Shown here one piece after another: positions 38,159 to 49,118 of a stretch of 64,000 nt of DNA. Source of the stretch: an uncultured Nitrospiraceae bacterium (GTDB taxonomy: Bacteria; Nitrospirota; Thermodesulfovibrionia; Thermodesulfovibrionales; Dissulfurispiraceae); NCBI GenBank assembly GCA_947085205.1, contig CAMTVO010000010.1:32001-96000 (forward strand), in the 5' to 3' direction. The notes under the pieces were generated by a model, which searched no databases, was not told where the DNA came from, and was given only the letters and a program-made list of their open reading frames with translations. Position numbers and translations under genes: made by a program. How positions within the stretch are numbered: position 1 is the stretch's first letter; each line of letters begins with the position of its first letter.

Positions 38159-38764
38159 TTAATGTATCAGTTTCCCCATCCTTCCGAGCCTCGGCATTTT
38201 CTTCATGTTATCCCAAGACCAGTATATTATAAAGGCCTTGCCTTTTATATCCTTCATGTCTACATAGCCCCAGTATCTGCTGTCGTAACTCTGATCCCTA
38301 TTATCTCCCATAACAAACAGCTTATTGGGGGGTACAAGATACGGGCCGAAATTGTCCCTCGGCTCTATGCCTCCTATTCTCATCGAATTATCTGTATGCT
38401 GAGCATAAGGCTCGCTTATGGGTTTTCCATTAATGAATATCTTTCTGTTTCTCGATTCGATCATGTCGCCCTCTACGCCGACAACCCTTTTTATGAAATC
38501 CCTTTTAGGGTCTTCCGGATACTTGAATACAATAATGTCGCCTGTTTTTGGTTTTGTAATAACAATAATTCTATTGTCGGAAAACGGTATCTTTGTGCCG
38601 TATATGAATTTGTTCACGAGTATGTGGTCTCCAATGAGAAGCGTCTGGAGCATTGAGCCCGAAGGAATCTTGAATGCCTGAATCACAAATGTCCTGATGA
38701 TAAGGGCAAGTATTAATGCGGTGACTATTGCCTTAGTATATTCCCATAATTTGCTCTGTTTCAT
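38159..38764 (-). CDS. lepB: Signal peptidase I
   Basis: PSGSM, FIKRV, GDNRDQSYDSR. Confidence 0.95.
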   Translation of the reverse strand: MKQSKLWEYTKAIVTALILALIIRTFVIQAFKIPSGSMLQTLLIGDHILVNKFIYGTKIPFSDNRIIVITKPKTGDIIVFKYPEDPKRDFIKRVVGVEGDMIESRNRKIFINGKPISEPYAQHTDNSMRIGGIEPRDNFGPYLVPPNKLFVMGDNRDQSYDSRYWGYVDMKDIKGKAFIIYWSWDNMKKMPRLGRMGKLIH

Positions 38765-38803
38765 TTCTTAAACTTTATGCCTCCTATTAATTGTTAATGA
38801 CAG

Positions 38804-38969
38804 CAGCATAGAAGGGCAAACTCGCAGCGAAATCACGGTCTTGGAGCCGAACAAAAGCCCTGAAGGCTTTTGTGGGAGTTGCACTTCAATAAACAAATAT
38901 CTTCATCAATAAAACAACTCCACTGGCACTCAGGTAGTTTATTTCGCAAGAGTTTGTCCTTCTATGCTG
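38804..38969. mobile_element. MITE-like element with ~29-bp imperfect terminal inverted repeats
   Basis: cagcatagaagggcaaactc vs reverse complement of the right end cagcatagaaggacaaactc (19/20); internal hairpin acaaaagcc-ctgaa-ggcttttgt. Confidence 0.7.
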
Positions 38970-38980
38970 AATAGGCGCTG

Positions 38981-40777
38981 CTATTCCTTCACTTGCAAAA
39001 CAGACAGGAATGCCTCTTGCGGTATCTCCAGCTTTCCTATCTGTTTCATCCTCTTTTTGCCTTCCTTCTGTTTTTCGAGGAGTTTCCGTTTCCTTGTCAC
39101 ATCGCCACCATAGCACTTTGCAAGGACATTTTTCCTGAGGGCTTTTATGCTTTCTCTTGCAATAACCTTCCCGCCGATGGCAGCCTGAATCGCGATTTCG
39201 AACAACTGTCTCGGTATGACTTGCCGCAGCTTTTCGGCAATCTGCCTGCCCTTATAATAAGCCTTGTCCTTATGCACAATCAAGGAAAGCGCATCCACAG
39301 GCTCTCCGTTAAGCAGTATATCGAGTTTAACAAGCTTTGACTCCCTGTATCCCAGAAATTCGTAATCCATGGATGCATAGCCCTTTGAGACGGATTTAAG
39401 CCTGTCATAAAAATCCCAGAGAATCTCGTTCAGCGGCAGTTCGTAAGCGACCATAATCCTGTCCTGGCTTATATAATTGAATTCCTTCTGCACTCCTCGC
39501 TTTTCCTGACAAAGTTCGAGTATCTGTCCGATATATGCCTGAGGCACAAGGATTGATACCTTCACATAGGGCTCCTCTATTTTCAGAAATCTCTCAGGAA
39601 GGCTGCTTGGGTTGTCCACATATATCTCCTTGCCATCCATGTCTGTTACTCTGTATATAACTGTCGGCGCTGTGCTTATAAGTGAGAGCTCGAACTCCCT
39701 TTCGAGTCTCTCTTTGATTATCTCCATGTGTAAAAGTCCTAAAAATCCGCATCTGAAGCCGAATCCAAGGGCAGACGATGTTTCTGGCTCAAAACGGAAT
39801 GAAGAATCGTTCAGCCTCAGTTTTTCGAGGGCTGTTTTTAAATCCTCATATTGGTGCGTTTCTACCGGATAAAGGCCGCAAAAGACCATCGGCTTAATCT
39901 CTTTATATCCAGGTAGAGACTTATCTGCAGGGTTACTTACATCTGTTATGGTATCTCCTATTTTTGTGTCAACCACATTCTTTATCCCTGCAATCACATA
40001 TCCCACCTCACCTGCTGAAAGCTGCGACACCTCCTGTATCTTGGGCGTAAAGACGCCTACCTTCGAAATTTCGTACTCTTTATCTGCTGCCATCAATTTT
40101 ATCTTCATCCCCGGACGTATTGTTCCATCGAATACCCTCACAAGGACTATGACACCTTGATAGTTGTCAAACCATGAATCAAATATTAAAGCCTTTAAAG
40201 GTTTCTCATCACTACCTGCCGGGGGAGGTATTTTTTTTACAATCGCCTCCAGTATCTCTTTTATGCCTATTCCTTCCTTTGCGCTTGCGAGAATTGCTTC
40301 AGAGCAGTCAATGCCAATGCCGTCCTCTATCTGTTCTTTCACTCTTTCAGGCTCTGCGCCAGGCAGGTCTATTTTGTTGATTACAGGGATTATCTCATGG
40401 TTGCGCTCCACAGCAAGATAAGTGTTTGCAAGGGTCTGCGCTTCAACTCCCTGTGTAGCGTCAACCACCAGCAGACTTCCCTCGCACGAAGCAAGGCTCC
40501 TCGACACCTCGTAAGAGAAATCCACATGCCCCGGCGTATCGATGAGGTTCAGAATGTACTCATTGCCGTCGTCTGCTTTATAAATTAGTCTTACGGCATG
40601 AGCTTTGATTGTGATTCCCCTCTCTCTTTCGAGATCCATCGAATCGAGCACCTGCTCCATCATCTCCCTTGAGCTCAGCGCACCGGTAAACTCCAGCAGT
40701 CTGTCCGCGAGTGTGGACTTGCCGTGGTCTATGTGGGCGATAATCGAAAAATTTCGTATATTTTTAGTCATAGTCAT
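38981..40777 (-). CDS. lepA: Elongation factor 4
   Basis: [35 protein letters not shown]. Confidence 0.97.
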   Translation of the reverse strand: MTMTKNIRNFSIIAHIDHGKSTLADRLLEFTGALSSREMMEQVLDSMDLERERGITIKAHAVRLIYKADDGNEYILNLIDTPGHVDFSYEVSRSLASCEGSLLVVDATQGVEAQTLANTYLAVERNHEIIPVINKIDLPGAEPERVKEQIEDGIGIDCSEAILASAKEGIGIKEILEAIVKKIPPPAGSDEKPLKALIFDSWFDNYQGVIVLVRVFDGTIRPGMKIKLMAADKEYEISKVGVFTPKIQEVSQLSAGEVGYVIAGIKNVVDTKIGDTITDVSNPADKSLPGYKEIKPMVFCGLYPVETHQYEDLKTALEKLRLNDSSFRFEPETSSALGFGFRCGFLGLLHMEIIKERLEREFELSLISTAPTVIYRVTDMDGKEIYVDNPSSLPERFLKIEEPYVKVSILVPQAYIGQILELCQEKRGVQKEFNYISQDRIMVAYELPLNEILWDFYDRLKSVSKGYASMDYEFLGYRESKLVKLDILLNGEPVDALSLIVHKDKAYYKGRQIAEKLRQVIPRQLFEIAIQAAIGGKVIARESIKALRKNVLAKCYGGDVTRKRKLLEKQKEGKKRMKQIGKLEIPQEAFLSVLQVKE

Positions 40778-40783
40778 TCCCCA

Positions 40784-41725
40784 TTACTCCATCACCTTAC
40801 ACTCCTCAAACACAAGTTTTGCGGCACCGATAATGCCGGCATTATCCCCTAAAGAGGATGGAATAATTTTCACCTTTGCGTAGAGCTCCTTCAATGCCCT
40901 CTTTGACGCCTCCTGTATTGCAGACTCTACATAGATATTCCATGCGCCAAGAAGCCCTCCTGTCAGGATAATTGCATCAGGGCTTAGGATGTTTATCAAG
41001 TTTGCAATACCTATGCCGAGGCTCTTGCCGGCCTCCCTCAGAACAGTCCTCGAAAGGGTATCGCCTTCGAGTGCGGCTTTATAAATATCTTCGGCAGTAA
41101 TCTTGTAAAAGTTTCCGTTGTAGAGGTCTTTTAAAATACTACTGTTGCCTTTCTCTAGATTTGACACCGCATTCCCTATGATGGCGGTTGCCGAGGCATA
41201 AGACTCAAGACATCCCACATTGCCGCATGCACACTGCTGTCCATTTGCATTTATGCTCATATGCCCCACTTCCGCGGCAATGGGTAACAATTTATTGTTT
41301 ATTACAACACCTCCGCCTATACCGGTTCCAAGCGTAAGAACTATAAAGCTATTGAAATCCTTTCCGGCGCCCGCGCATTTTTCTCCGTAGGCAGCAGCGT
41401 TTGCGTCATTTTCTACAACAACACAGGCTTTGTAACGTTTTTTTAACTCGGATTCGAGCCTTTCGCCTGCAAGCTCCGGAATGTTCGGCGACCTTAAAAT
41501 AATGCCATCTTCTCTGTCTATAATTCCGGCAACGGCAATTCCTATTCCGCATACCTGCTTTGAGTGCTTGGAATACAAGGAATCTATAAGCTTATGAATC
41601 ACTGCACCCGGTTTTCTGCCTGTTGATTCCTTAACCTTCATCTCTACTTCTCCGCTGCTGTTGACCAGCGCAGCCCTTATATTTGTGCCGCCTATATCCA
41701 CGCTGACTGCATAGTTTTTTGCCAT
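40784..41725 (-). CDS. ROK family sugar kinase (glucokinase)
   Basis: DIGGT, ENDANAAA, LGTGIGGG, EVGH, CACGNVGCLE. Confidence 0.9.
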   Translation of the reverse strand: MAKNYAVSVDIGGTNIRAALVNSSGEVEMKVKESTGRKPGAVIHKLIDSLYSKHSKQVCGIGIAVAGIIDREDGIILRSPNIPELAGERLESELKKRYKACVVVENDANAAAYGEKCAGAGKDFNSFIVLTLGTGIGGGVVINNKLLPIAAEVGHMSINANGQQCACGNVGCLESYASATAIIGNAVSNLEKGNSSILKDLYNGNFYKITAEDIYKAALEGDTLSRTVLREAGKSLGIGIANLINILSPDAIILTGGLLGAWNIYVESAIQEASKRALKELYAKVKIIPSSLGDNAGIIGAAKLVFEECKVME

Positions 41726-41866
41726 TACACTTTCACCTTCCACACTCGATTTTTGAAAACTATTTATTATACCAGACTGAGAGGCTATATTTTTTATTCC
41801 GCCTTTTTTGCATTTTTTATCTTTGTCCCGAAAAATCGACATAGAAAGTTGTTATTCTTCTCAAAC

Positions 41867-41887
41867 CCCCTCCCGTCAAGGGAGGGG
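41867..41887. repeat. REP-like palindrome, identical to 1239-1259
   Basis: CCCCTCCCGTCAAGGGAGGGG. Confidence 0.8.
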
Positions 41888-42007
41888 GAACTTTTGGAAA
41901 GTTATATGTCTATTTTTGGTTTGTTTTTATAGATTTTTTTGGGATTAAATTGTGTTATACTACCCTTCAATTTTAAGGACAGTTCTTTTGGCATAAACGG
42001 AGGATAT

Positions 42008-44263
42008 ATGAGGAGAAAGGGAATAGCCACGGTTGCAATACTGGTGTTAACCGCGCTGATTATCGGCGCTGCATATGCTGAAGATCTTCCCCTTGTAACA
42101 GCCATCGGCGTTAAAGGACTGAAACGCATCGAGGAAGGGTCTATAAGAGCAAGGGTATCACAGAAAATAGGAGAGCCGCTCTCTCAGGAAAAGACGACTG
42201 AAGACATAAAGACGATATATAAAATGGGATATTTCGACGACGTAAAGATCGAAATAGAGCCATTTGAAGGCGGAATAAAAGTCGTATATATTGTCAGGGA
42301 AAAACCGACTATCGTAAGAGTAGAGTTTCAGGGAAACAAGAAGTTCAAAGACGACGAATTAAAGGACAAGATCGGATTAACTGCGGGTGCAATATCGGAC
42401 GTCACTCTCATTAATGATAATGCATCTAAATTAAGGGCATTTTACGAGGATGAAGGCTACTATCTTGCCAAAATAGTTCCGGTCGTAAAAAAAGCGGAGG
42501 AAGGCGAGGTTAACGTAACATATCAAATAGAAGAAGGCGAAAAGGTAAAGATAAAGGAGATAAAGATAGAAGGCAACAAAGCAATGTCCTCAAGCGCCAT
42601 CAAGAAGGCGATGAAAACGACAGAGAGAGGTATGTTTTCTTTTATATTAGGCGGCGGATACTATAAAAAAGATGTGATGCGCGCCGATGTCGAGAGAATA
42701 AGAGACCTGTATTTCAACAACGGATACATCAAGCTTACTGTAGGCGAGCCTATCATACAACTAACCGATGATAAAAAGGGTATGAGGATTACTGTTCAGG
42801 TTTCCGAAGGCGAGCAGTTCAAGGTGTCCTCCGTGGAGGTTGCCGGCAATAAGGCATTTTCTGAAGAAGAAATAAGGAAGCTCATAAAACTCTCTCCAAA
42901 GAAAATATTCAATAAAGAAATACTGCGCAAAGATGTAGCCGCAATAACAGACCAATATTCCAACAACGGATATGCCCTCATTGTCGTCTCCCCTGACCTT
43001 ATACCGAATGAAGAGACAAAAGAGACAAAGGTGGTTTACAAGATTGACGAGGGCGATAAATACAGGGTCGGAAGGATAGAAATATCAGGAAACATAAAGA
43101 CGAGGGACAAAGTAATAAGAAGGGAGATACGTTTGGACGAAGGCGATGTCTTTAATGCCTTTGCTCTGAAAAGGAGCTATGAAAGGCTCAACAACCTGCA
43201 GTTTTTCGAAGCGGTTGAAGTAGGGCCTAAGCCTAAGCCTGAAGAAAAGCTTGTCGACCTCGATGTGAAGGTAAAAGAAAAGCCCACAGGATTCCTGAGC
43301 ATTGGCGGCGGTTACAGTTCCGTAGACAAATTTGTGGCGATGGTTGATTTAACACAGGGCAATCTCTTCGGCAAGGGCCAGTATATAAAACTCCGCGGAG
43401 AGCTTGGAGGTAGAAGCTCTTTTTATGAACTCTCTTTCAGAGATCCGTGGTTCATGGACAAACCAATATCATTCGGTACTGCTCTTTATAAAACCACAAG
43501 GAAATACGGTAACTTTGAAAGAAAGGCTACCGGTTTTGAGGTGTCGTTCGGAAAGAGCTTCTGGGAATACTGGGGCGCTTCCATAGCCTACAATTACGAG
43601 CAGTCAACAATATTTAATGTGAAACCGGACGCATCCACAACAGTAAAAGATCAAGAAGGAACAAAAACGACAAGCAGCATAACGGCTTCTGTCGGAAGGG
43701 ATACGAGGGATAACCATCTCGATCCCTTGAAAGGCTCTAAAAATACATTGGCCATGACATTTGCCGGTTTAGGAGGAACAAACGCATTTTATAAAACAAT
43801 CTTCGATTCAGGCTGGTACTATCCTTTGTTCGATGTTACCACCGTACATCTCCGTGGAAGGATAGGGTATGCATCAGGATTGTTCGGCAAAAAGCTTCCG
43901 CTCTACGAGAAGTATTATGTAGGCGGAATATATACAGTGCGCGGTCTCGGATACGGTCAGGCAGGGCCTATAGACACCCAGAGCGGCGAGGCATTGGGTG
44001 GAGAAAAACAACTGGTATTCAATGCAGAATATATATTCCCCATCGTGTCTGAATACAAATTCAAGGGCCTCGTATTCTTCGATGCAGGTAGGGCATACGA
44101 TAAAGGGGAGACATTGGGAAGCGACCTCAGATATACGTCAGGCGCCGGTATAAGGTGGATATCACCTATGGGCCCTATAAGGATTGAATGGGGTTATAAT
44201 CTGGATAAAAAACCAGGCGAGTCAGCCAGCAAGGTAGAATTTACCTTTGGGACATTCTTTTAG
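42008..44263 (+). CDS. bamA: Outer membrane protein assembly factor BamA
   Basis: POTRA domains, VRG, SPMGP, C-terminal F. Confidence 0.95.
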   Translation: MRRKGIATVAILVLTALIIGAAYAEDLPLVTAIGVKGLKRIEEGSIRARVSQKIGEPLSQEKTTEDIKTIYKMGYFDDVKIEIEPFEGGIKVVYIVREKPTIVRVEFQGNKKFKDDELKDKIGLTAGAISDVTLINDNASKLRAFYEDEGYYLAKIVPVVKKAEEGEVNVTYQIEEGEKVKIKEIKIEGNKAMSSSAIKKAMKTTERGMFSFILGGGYYKKDVMRADVERIRDLYFNNGYIKLTVGEPIIQLTDDKKGMRITVQVSEGEQFKVSSVEVAGNKAFSEEEIRKLIKLSPKKIFNKEILRKDVAAITDQYSNNGYALIVVSPDLIPNEETKETKVVYKIDEGDKYRVGRIEISGNIKTRDKVIRREIRLDEGDVFNAFALKRSYERLNNLQFFEAVEVGPKPKPEEKLVDLDVKVKEKPTGFLSIGGGYSSVDKFVAMVDLTQGNLFGKGQYIKLRGELGGRSSFYELSFRDPWFMDKPISFGTALYKTTRKYGNFERKATGFEVSFGKSFWEYWGASIAYNYEQSTIFNVKPDASTTVKDQEGTKTTSSITASVGRDTRDNHLDPLKGSKNTLAMTFAGLGGTNAFYKTIFDSGWYYPLFDVTTVHLRGRIGYASGLFGKKLPLYEKYYVGGIYTVRGLGYGQAGPIDTQSGEALGGEKQLVFNAEYIFPIVSEYKFKGLVFFDAGRAYDKGETLGSDLRYTSGAGIRWISPMGPIRIEWGYNLDKKPGESASKVEFTFGTFF

Positions 44264-44280
44264 AAAAATTGGAGGATAAA

Positions 44281-44820
44281 ATGAAAAAAATTCTGGTTGT
44301 TATGCTCGCAGGACTGTGCATACTTGCATCGGGCATGCTTTCAAGCGTTTCTGCCGAAACATTCAAGGTCGGTATAGTCGACATCTTCAGGGCGCTTAAT
44401 GAGTCGGAAGCAGGAAAAAGGGCAAAAGCTGATCTGGAGGCGCTGATTAAATCCAAGCAGGCAGCTATCGAAGAAAAAGGGAAAAGTATTGAAAAACTAA
44501 GGACTGACATGGAAAAACAGGCAGCCATAATATCTCCTGAAGCAAAAAAGAAAAAAGAGGAAGAGCTTGAGCGTCTTATCAGAGATTTTCAGAGAATAGT
44601 TGCCGACTCGGAGGCTGAGGTAAAAAAGAAAGAAGGGGAATTGACAGGGGAGATATTAAAAGAGTTGAGGAATATCATTAATAAGATCTCCCAAGAAGAA
44701 GGGTATTCCTTAATGCTGGAACATGCTGAAGGCCTTATTCTGTATGCCAACAAGTCCCTTGACATTACGGATAAAGTGATAAAGAGATATAACGAGGCAA
44801 AAGCAAAACCGGCAAAATAA
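44281..44820 (+). CDS. skp: Skp/OmpH chaperone
   Basis: KVGIVD, DITDKVI; position after bamA. Confidence 0.9.
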   Translation: MKKILVVMLAGLCILASGMLSSVSAETFKVGIVDIFRALNESEAGKRAKADLEALIKSKQAAIEEKGKSIEKLRTDMEKQAAIISPEAKKKKEEELERLIRDFQRIVADSEAEVKKKEGELTGEILKELRNIINKISQEEGYSLMLEHAEGLILYANKSLDITDKVIKRYNEAKAKPAK

Positions 44821-44825
44821 TAGCA

Positions 44826-45836
44826 ATGAAGCTCAAAGATATAGCTGGCTTTATAAATGGCAAGGTTATCGGTAATGGAGAAGTCGAGATAGCCGGTGCA
44901 GCGGGTATTTCTGATGCAAAAGAGGGAGAGATCACATTCTTATCATCGGTGAAGCTGTTAAAGGCTCTAAAAAGCAGCAAGGCATCTGCGGTAATTGTAA
45001 AAGAGCGGATTGAGGACATAGAAAAACCGCAGGTAATTGCAAAAAATCCACAATATGCCTTTGCAATGCTTTTATCCCATTTCTATGTAAAACAGCATCC
45101 ATATAAGGGTATAAGCAAAAACTCCTATGTCTCAGATAATGCCAACATCGGAGAGAATACTACAATCTATCCATTTGCATACATATCCGACGGTATAAAG
45201 ATAGGCTCGGGAACTGTCATCTATCCGGGAGTTTTTATCGGCGAAAACAGCATTATCGGCAAGGGCTGCACATTATACCCGAATGTTACGATAAGAGAGG
45301 GCGTTGTGATAGGCAGCAGGGTCGTCATCCATGCAGGCTCTGTCATAGGCTCCGACGGCTTTGGATATGTATTTGAAAACGGCGCGCATCAGAAAATACC
45401 CCAGATCGGCAGCGTTATAATAGAAGACGACGTGGAAATAGGCGCCAACGTAACAATTGACAGAGCGACAACAGGCAGTACCATAATCGGCAAAGGCACA
45501 AAGATAGATAATCTTGTACAGATAGGGCATAATGTTCGGGTAGGGGAAAATGTTATATTAGTAGCTCAGGTGGGAATAGCCGGAAGCTCAATTATAGGCG
45601 ACGGAGTAATTCTCGGCGGTCAGGTAGGAGTTGCAGACCATACCGTTGTAGAAGCTGGTACAATGGTTGGTGCAAAATCCGGCGTTATGGGAGAAATGAA
45701 AAAAGGCATATATTCAGGCATACTGCCTATGCCGCACAGGGAATGGCTGAAAGCAATGTCGGTATTCTCACAGCTGCCGGAGTTGAATAAAAAAGTAAGG
45801 GAGTTAGAAGAAGAAGTCAGGCGATTAAAAGGTTAA
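44826..45836 (+). CDS. lpxD: UDP-3-O-acylglucosamine N-acyltransferase
   Basis: Hexapeptide repeats, [18 protein letters not shown]. Confidence 0.95.
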   Translation: MKLKDIAGFINGKVIGNGEVEIAGAAGISDAKEGEITFLSSVKLLKALKSSKASAVIVKERIEDIEKPQVIAKNPQYAFAMLLSHFYVKQHPYKGISKNSYVSDNANIGENTTIYPFAYISDGIKIGSGTVIYPGVFIGENSIIGKGCTLYPNVTIREGVVIGSRVVIHAGSVIGSDGFGYVFENGAHQKIPQIGSVIIEDDVEIGANVTIDRATTGSTIIGKGTKIDNLVQIGHNVRVGENVILVAQVGIAGSSIIGDGVILGGQVGVADHTVVEAGTMVGAKSGVMGEMKKGIYSGILPMPHREWLKAMSVFSQLPELNKKVRELEEEVRRLKG

Positions 45837-45909
45837 GAGGCAAAGAGTCAGAGTGTCAGAGCTTTAATACCTTTGATGCTCTGACTCTTTGATGCATTGG
45901 CACTTTGAC
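45832..45909. repeat. Octamer hairpin between lpxD and fabZ
   Basis: Perfect 13-bp core caaagagtcagag / ctctgactctttg. Confidence 0.8.
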
Positions 45910-45927
45910 GATATATAAGGAGGTAGA

Positions 45928-46362
45928 ATGATAGACATAAGAGAAATTTTATCCATACTTCCCCACAGATACCCATTCTTGCTCGTCGACAAGATTGTAG
46001 AGTTAGAGCCTAATGTAAAGGCCGTAGGAATTAAGAATGTGACCATCAATGAACCTTTTTTTCAGGGGCACTTTCCTCCTGACAACCCCATAATGCCCGG
46101 TGTATTAATTGTGGAGGCAATGGCTCAGGTAGCAGGTATTCTTGCGTTCAAGTCAGGGGTTCAGGGAAAGGCGGTATATTTTATGAGCATCGAAAAGGTG
46201 AAGTTTAGAAAGCCGGTATTGCCCGGCGACCAGCTCAGGTTCGAAGTGCAGGTTACGCATACGAGGGGGAGCGTCTGGAAATTTTCAGGAAGCGCCTTTG
46301 TCGGAGATAAATTGACATCCGAGGCTGAATTTACTGCCATGGTCTCGGACAGGGAATTATAG
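45928..46362 (+). CDS. fabZ: 3-hydroxyacyl-ACP dehydratase
   Basis: [29 protein letters not shown]. Confidence 0.96.
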   Translation: MIDIREILSILPHRYPFLLVDKIVELEPNVKAVGIKNVTINEPFFQGHFPPDNPIMPGVLIVEAMAQVAGILAFKSGVQGKAVYFMSIEKVKFRKPVLPGDQLRFEVQVTHTRGSVWKFSGSAFVGDKLTSEAEFTAMVSDREL

Positions 46363-46419
46363 TAAGCACTAAGAACTATGCAGTAGGGAAGATCTGGTGC
46401 TTACTGCGTAGTGCTTAGT
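46361..46419. repeat. Heptamer hairpin between fabZ and lpxA
   Basis: actaagaactatgcagtagg pairs with cttactgcgtagtgcttagt (2 G-U pairs, 1 mismatch). Confidence 0.75.
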
Positions 46420-46437
46420 TAAGAATATGGAGGATGA

Positions 46438-47217
46438 ATGGCAAAGGAAATACATGAAACAGCAGAAATAAGTTCAAAAGCAGAAATAGATGACGATGTC
46501 TCTATAGGGCCTTTCTGTATTGTCGGAGAAGGCGTGTCGATAAAAAAAGGGACAAAACTCTTGTCAAATATAGTCATAGAGGGCAACACAGAGATAGGAG
46601 AAGAGTGCACGATTTATACGTTTGCGTCCATCGGGCTTCCGCCTCAGGACCTCAAATATAAAAACGAAAAAACAGGCGTAAAGGTCGGTAATAAAAACAT
46701 TATAAGGGAGTATGTGACAATCCACAGGGCGTCTGTGGGAGGAGACCGGCTTACAGAGGTCGGAGACTCTAATTTCCTTATGGCATATGTCCATATAGCC
46801 CATGATTGCAAGATCGGGAATGGAGTGATTATGGCAAATGCAGCCACCCTTGCCGGGCATGTGCTTGTCGAGGACTTTGCATTTATAGGAGGGATTGTTG
46901 CTGTTCATCAGTTCACCCGCATTGGAGCATATTCCATGGTCGGAGGCTTCAGCGGAATAGGACAGGACATTCCCCCGTATACAATGGCATCAGGTCCCCG
47001 TGCAAAATTATATGGACTTAATGCACTGGGCCTTAAAAGGCACGGCTTTTCGGATGACGCTATAAACATTCTGAAAAAGGCATATAAAATACTCTTCAGG
47101 GAAAAAAGGACACTGAAGGATGCGCTAAAAAAGATAAAATCAGATATCCCTGAGACGCCTGAGATAAAGCACCTGCTCGAATTTATAGAAAAGAACAAAA
47201 GGGGAATATGCAGGTGA
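46438..47217 (+). CDS. lpxA: UDP-N-acetylglucosamine acyltransferase
   Basis: PQDLKY, HIAHDC, LAGHV, HQF, RGI. Confidence 0.96.
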   Translation: MAKEIHETAEISSKAEIDDDVSIGPFCIVGEGVSIKKGTKLLSNIVIEGNTEIGEECTIYTFASIGLPPQDLKYKNEKTGVKVGNKNIIREYVTIHRASVGGDRLTEVGDSNFLMAYVHIAHDCKIGNGVIMANAATLAGHVLVEDFAFIGGIVAVHQFTRIGAYSMVGGFSGIGQDIPPYTMASGPRAKLYGLNALGLKRHGFSDDAINILKKAYKILFREKRTLKDALKKIKSDIPETPEIKHLLEFIEKNKRGICR

Positions 47218-48116
47218 GTCGAGAGTCGAGAGTCGAGAGTCGAGAGTCAGAAATTTTAGAAAAAAATGAAAATAAACTTATTGGAATAATAGCAGGAACA
47301 GGAGATCTCCCCAAGATAATCGCCATGGACGCCAGGGAGCGAGGTTTTAAGGTAATCACGATTGCCCTGGAAAATCTTGCCTCTCCTGATTTAAACAAAC
47401 TGTCCGATGAGATAAAATGGATCAATGTAGGCAAGTTCGGAGAGTTAATAGATACCCTGAAAGAATTTGATGTAAACGAGGCTATAATGGCAGGGAAGGT
47501 CTCAAAGTCCCTTCTCTACAAATCGAAAATAACGCCAGACCTCAAGGCAGTGAAGCTTCTTTTCTCCCTTAAGGACAAAAACGACGACTCGATATTAAAT
47601 GCAATAACAAAGGAACTGCAAAAGGAAGGGATAAGCATAATAGATACGCCGACTTTCAGTCCGCATCTATTAACACCTGAGGGAGTATTGACAGAAGAGC
47701 CTCCCGCTATTGATGAATGGAAGGATATAGAATTCGGCTGGAGGATAGCTAAGGAGATAGGAAGGCTCGACATAGGCCAGACAGTTATTGTAAAGGGACA
47801 GGCTGTTATGTCGGTTGAGGCGATTGAGGGTACTGATGAGGCGATACTCAGGGGAGGAAAACTATCAGGCGAGGGAGCCGTAGTAATTAAAGTATCGAAA
47901 CCCCATCAAGATATGCGTCTTGACGTTCCTGTTGTCGGCATAGATACCCTCAAGTCAATGATAGATGTTCGGGCGAGGGTGCTTGCTGTTGAAGCGCACA
48001 AGAGCATGATAATAAACAGGGAGAGATTTGTCAGGGAAGCGGAAGAGGGAGGCATTTCCGTAGTTGGGATATCCAATGAAAAAATTGTAAAAAAGATAGC
48101 CCATACGAAACATTAA
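47208..48116 (+). CDS. lpxI: UDP-2,3-diacylglucosamine diphosphatase
   Basis: GIIAGTGDLP, DIGQTV, EAIEGTD, KPHQDMRLDVP. Start ATG 47208 or GTG 47214. Confidence 0.9.
   Translation: MQVSRESRVESRESEILEKNENKLIGIIAGTGDLPKIIAMDARERGFKVITIALENLASPDLNKLSDEIKWINVGKFGELIDTLKEFDVNEAIMAGKVSKSLLYKSKITPDLKAVKLLFSLKDKNDDSILNAITKELQKEGISIIDTPTFSPHLLTPEGVLTEEPPAIDEWKDIEFGWRIAKEIGRLDIGQTVIVKGQAVMSVEAIEGTDEAILRGGKLSGEGAVVIKVSKPHQDMRLDVPVVGIDTLKSMIDVRARVLAVEAHKSMIINRERFVREAEEGGISVVGISNEKIVKKIAHTKH
47214..47248 (+). repeat. Perfect heptamer tandem repeat at the 5' end of lpxI
   Basis: gtgagtc + (GAGAGTC)x4. Confidence 0.9.
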
Positions 48117-48125
48117 AAAACAGCT

Positions 48126-49118
48126 ATGTCTTATATCTCAATAATAAAAGAAGGAATAAGCACCGTACATAAAAACTGGCAATTGATAATAGTGCAGTTC
48201 GTCTCGATGGTTCTCAGCTTCATGGGCTTTTTTGTCATTGTCGGCATTCCTATTGCCATTGCATTCATAATGTTCGGCCTCGACCTTACGGAAATCCTCA
48301 GACTCAAAGACCTGGCAAGCGCATTTAAAGGCTCAGCAGAGCTGTTACAGAAATACTTTGCAATGGCGATAATAATCATCTTGAGCCTCCTCCTCTATAT
48401 AGCATTTATCGTTATCTTATGGGTATTCACCATCAGCGGCACTATGGGCATACTTAAAAACGACATCCTGAACACCGGCATTAGATTCAGCATGAAGACC
48501 TTTTTTGCCGAAGGAAGGAGTTTCTTCTTTCCGGCATTTTTCTTTTCAGCGCTAATCGGCGCTGTCTTTATACTCCTCGCTTTCATGCTCGGACTCCTCG
48601 GCGGCGGGGCATCCGCAATAATAGAAATGGCAAAGACTCAGGAGGCAGCCCTTGCCCTCTTTCTCGGCGTGTTCTTTTCTCTGCTCATTCTCTCTGTCGG
48701 CATTTTTTTAATCATAGTAACGCTGTCGATAACAACTTATGGAATTGCATATCTGGCGTTCAACAGGTCGAAGTCGCTCGAAACCTTCACAGAAACAGTC
48801 AAATACCTTTACTCAAAACCTTCATCTGTAGGCTTTTACGCTGTTTTATTGCTCGGGTATATGGCAGTAGGCTTTTTGGTGATTTTAATAGGCTCGCCCC
48901 TTGCATTCATACCGATAATTGGCCCCATTTTAGCCCTGCCGTATCAGCTTATTACCTATGCCATTCAGGGATACCTCAGCCTTGTAATGCTTTCTTCAGT
49001 ATTTCATTATTATCACAAGACAGAATATCCTTCACCGCTCCCTGAGTCCATCGAGGGTTCTGATACTTCTCAGACAATAGCAGTAGAGCAATCTCATGCT
49101 CATGAGGAGAAGGCTTAG
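48126..49118 (+). CDS. Multi-pass membrane protein, unknown function
   Basis: About 6 long hydrophobic segments; in operon after lpxI. Confidence 0.7.
   Translation: MSYISIIKEGISTVHKNWQLIIVQFVSMVLSFMGFFVIVGIPIAIAFIMFGLDLTEILRLKDLASAFKGSAELLQKYFAMAIIIILSLLLYIAFIVILWVFTISGTMGILKNDILNTGIRFSMKTFFAEGRSFFFPAFFFSALIGAVFILLAFMLGLLGGGASAIIEMAKTQEAALALFLGVFFSLLILSVGIFLIIVTLSITTYGIAYLAFNRSKSLETFTETVKYLYSKPSSVGFYAVLLLGYMAVGFLVILIGSPLAFIPIIGPILALPYQLITYAIQGYLSLVMLSSVFHYYHKTEYPSPLPESIEGSDTSQTIAVEQSHAHEEKA

Noticed and set aside
37676..38656. 326-aa plus-strand ORF, and similar long antisense ORFs such as 31321-32106 and 12619-13212
   Set aside because: Lie opposite well-supported genes and have no recognisable motifs.
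48976..49118. 143-nt convergent overlap between the membrane protein and the lipoate ligase
   Set aside because: Both overlapping tails look non-conserved; most simply stop-codon drift.
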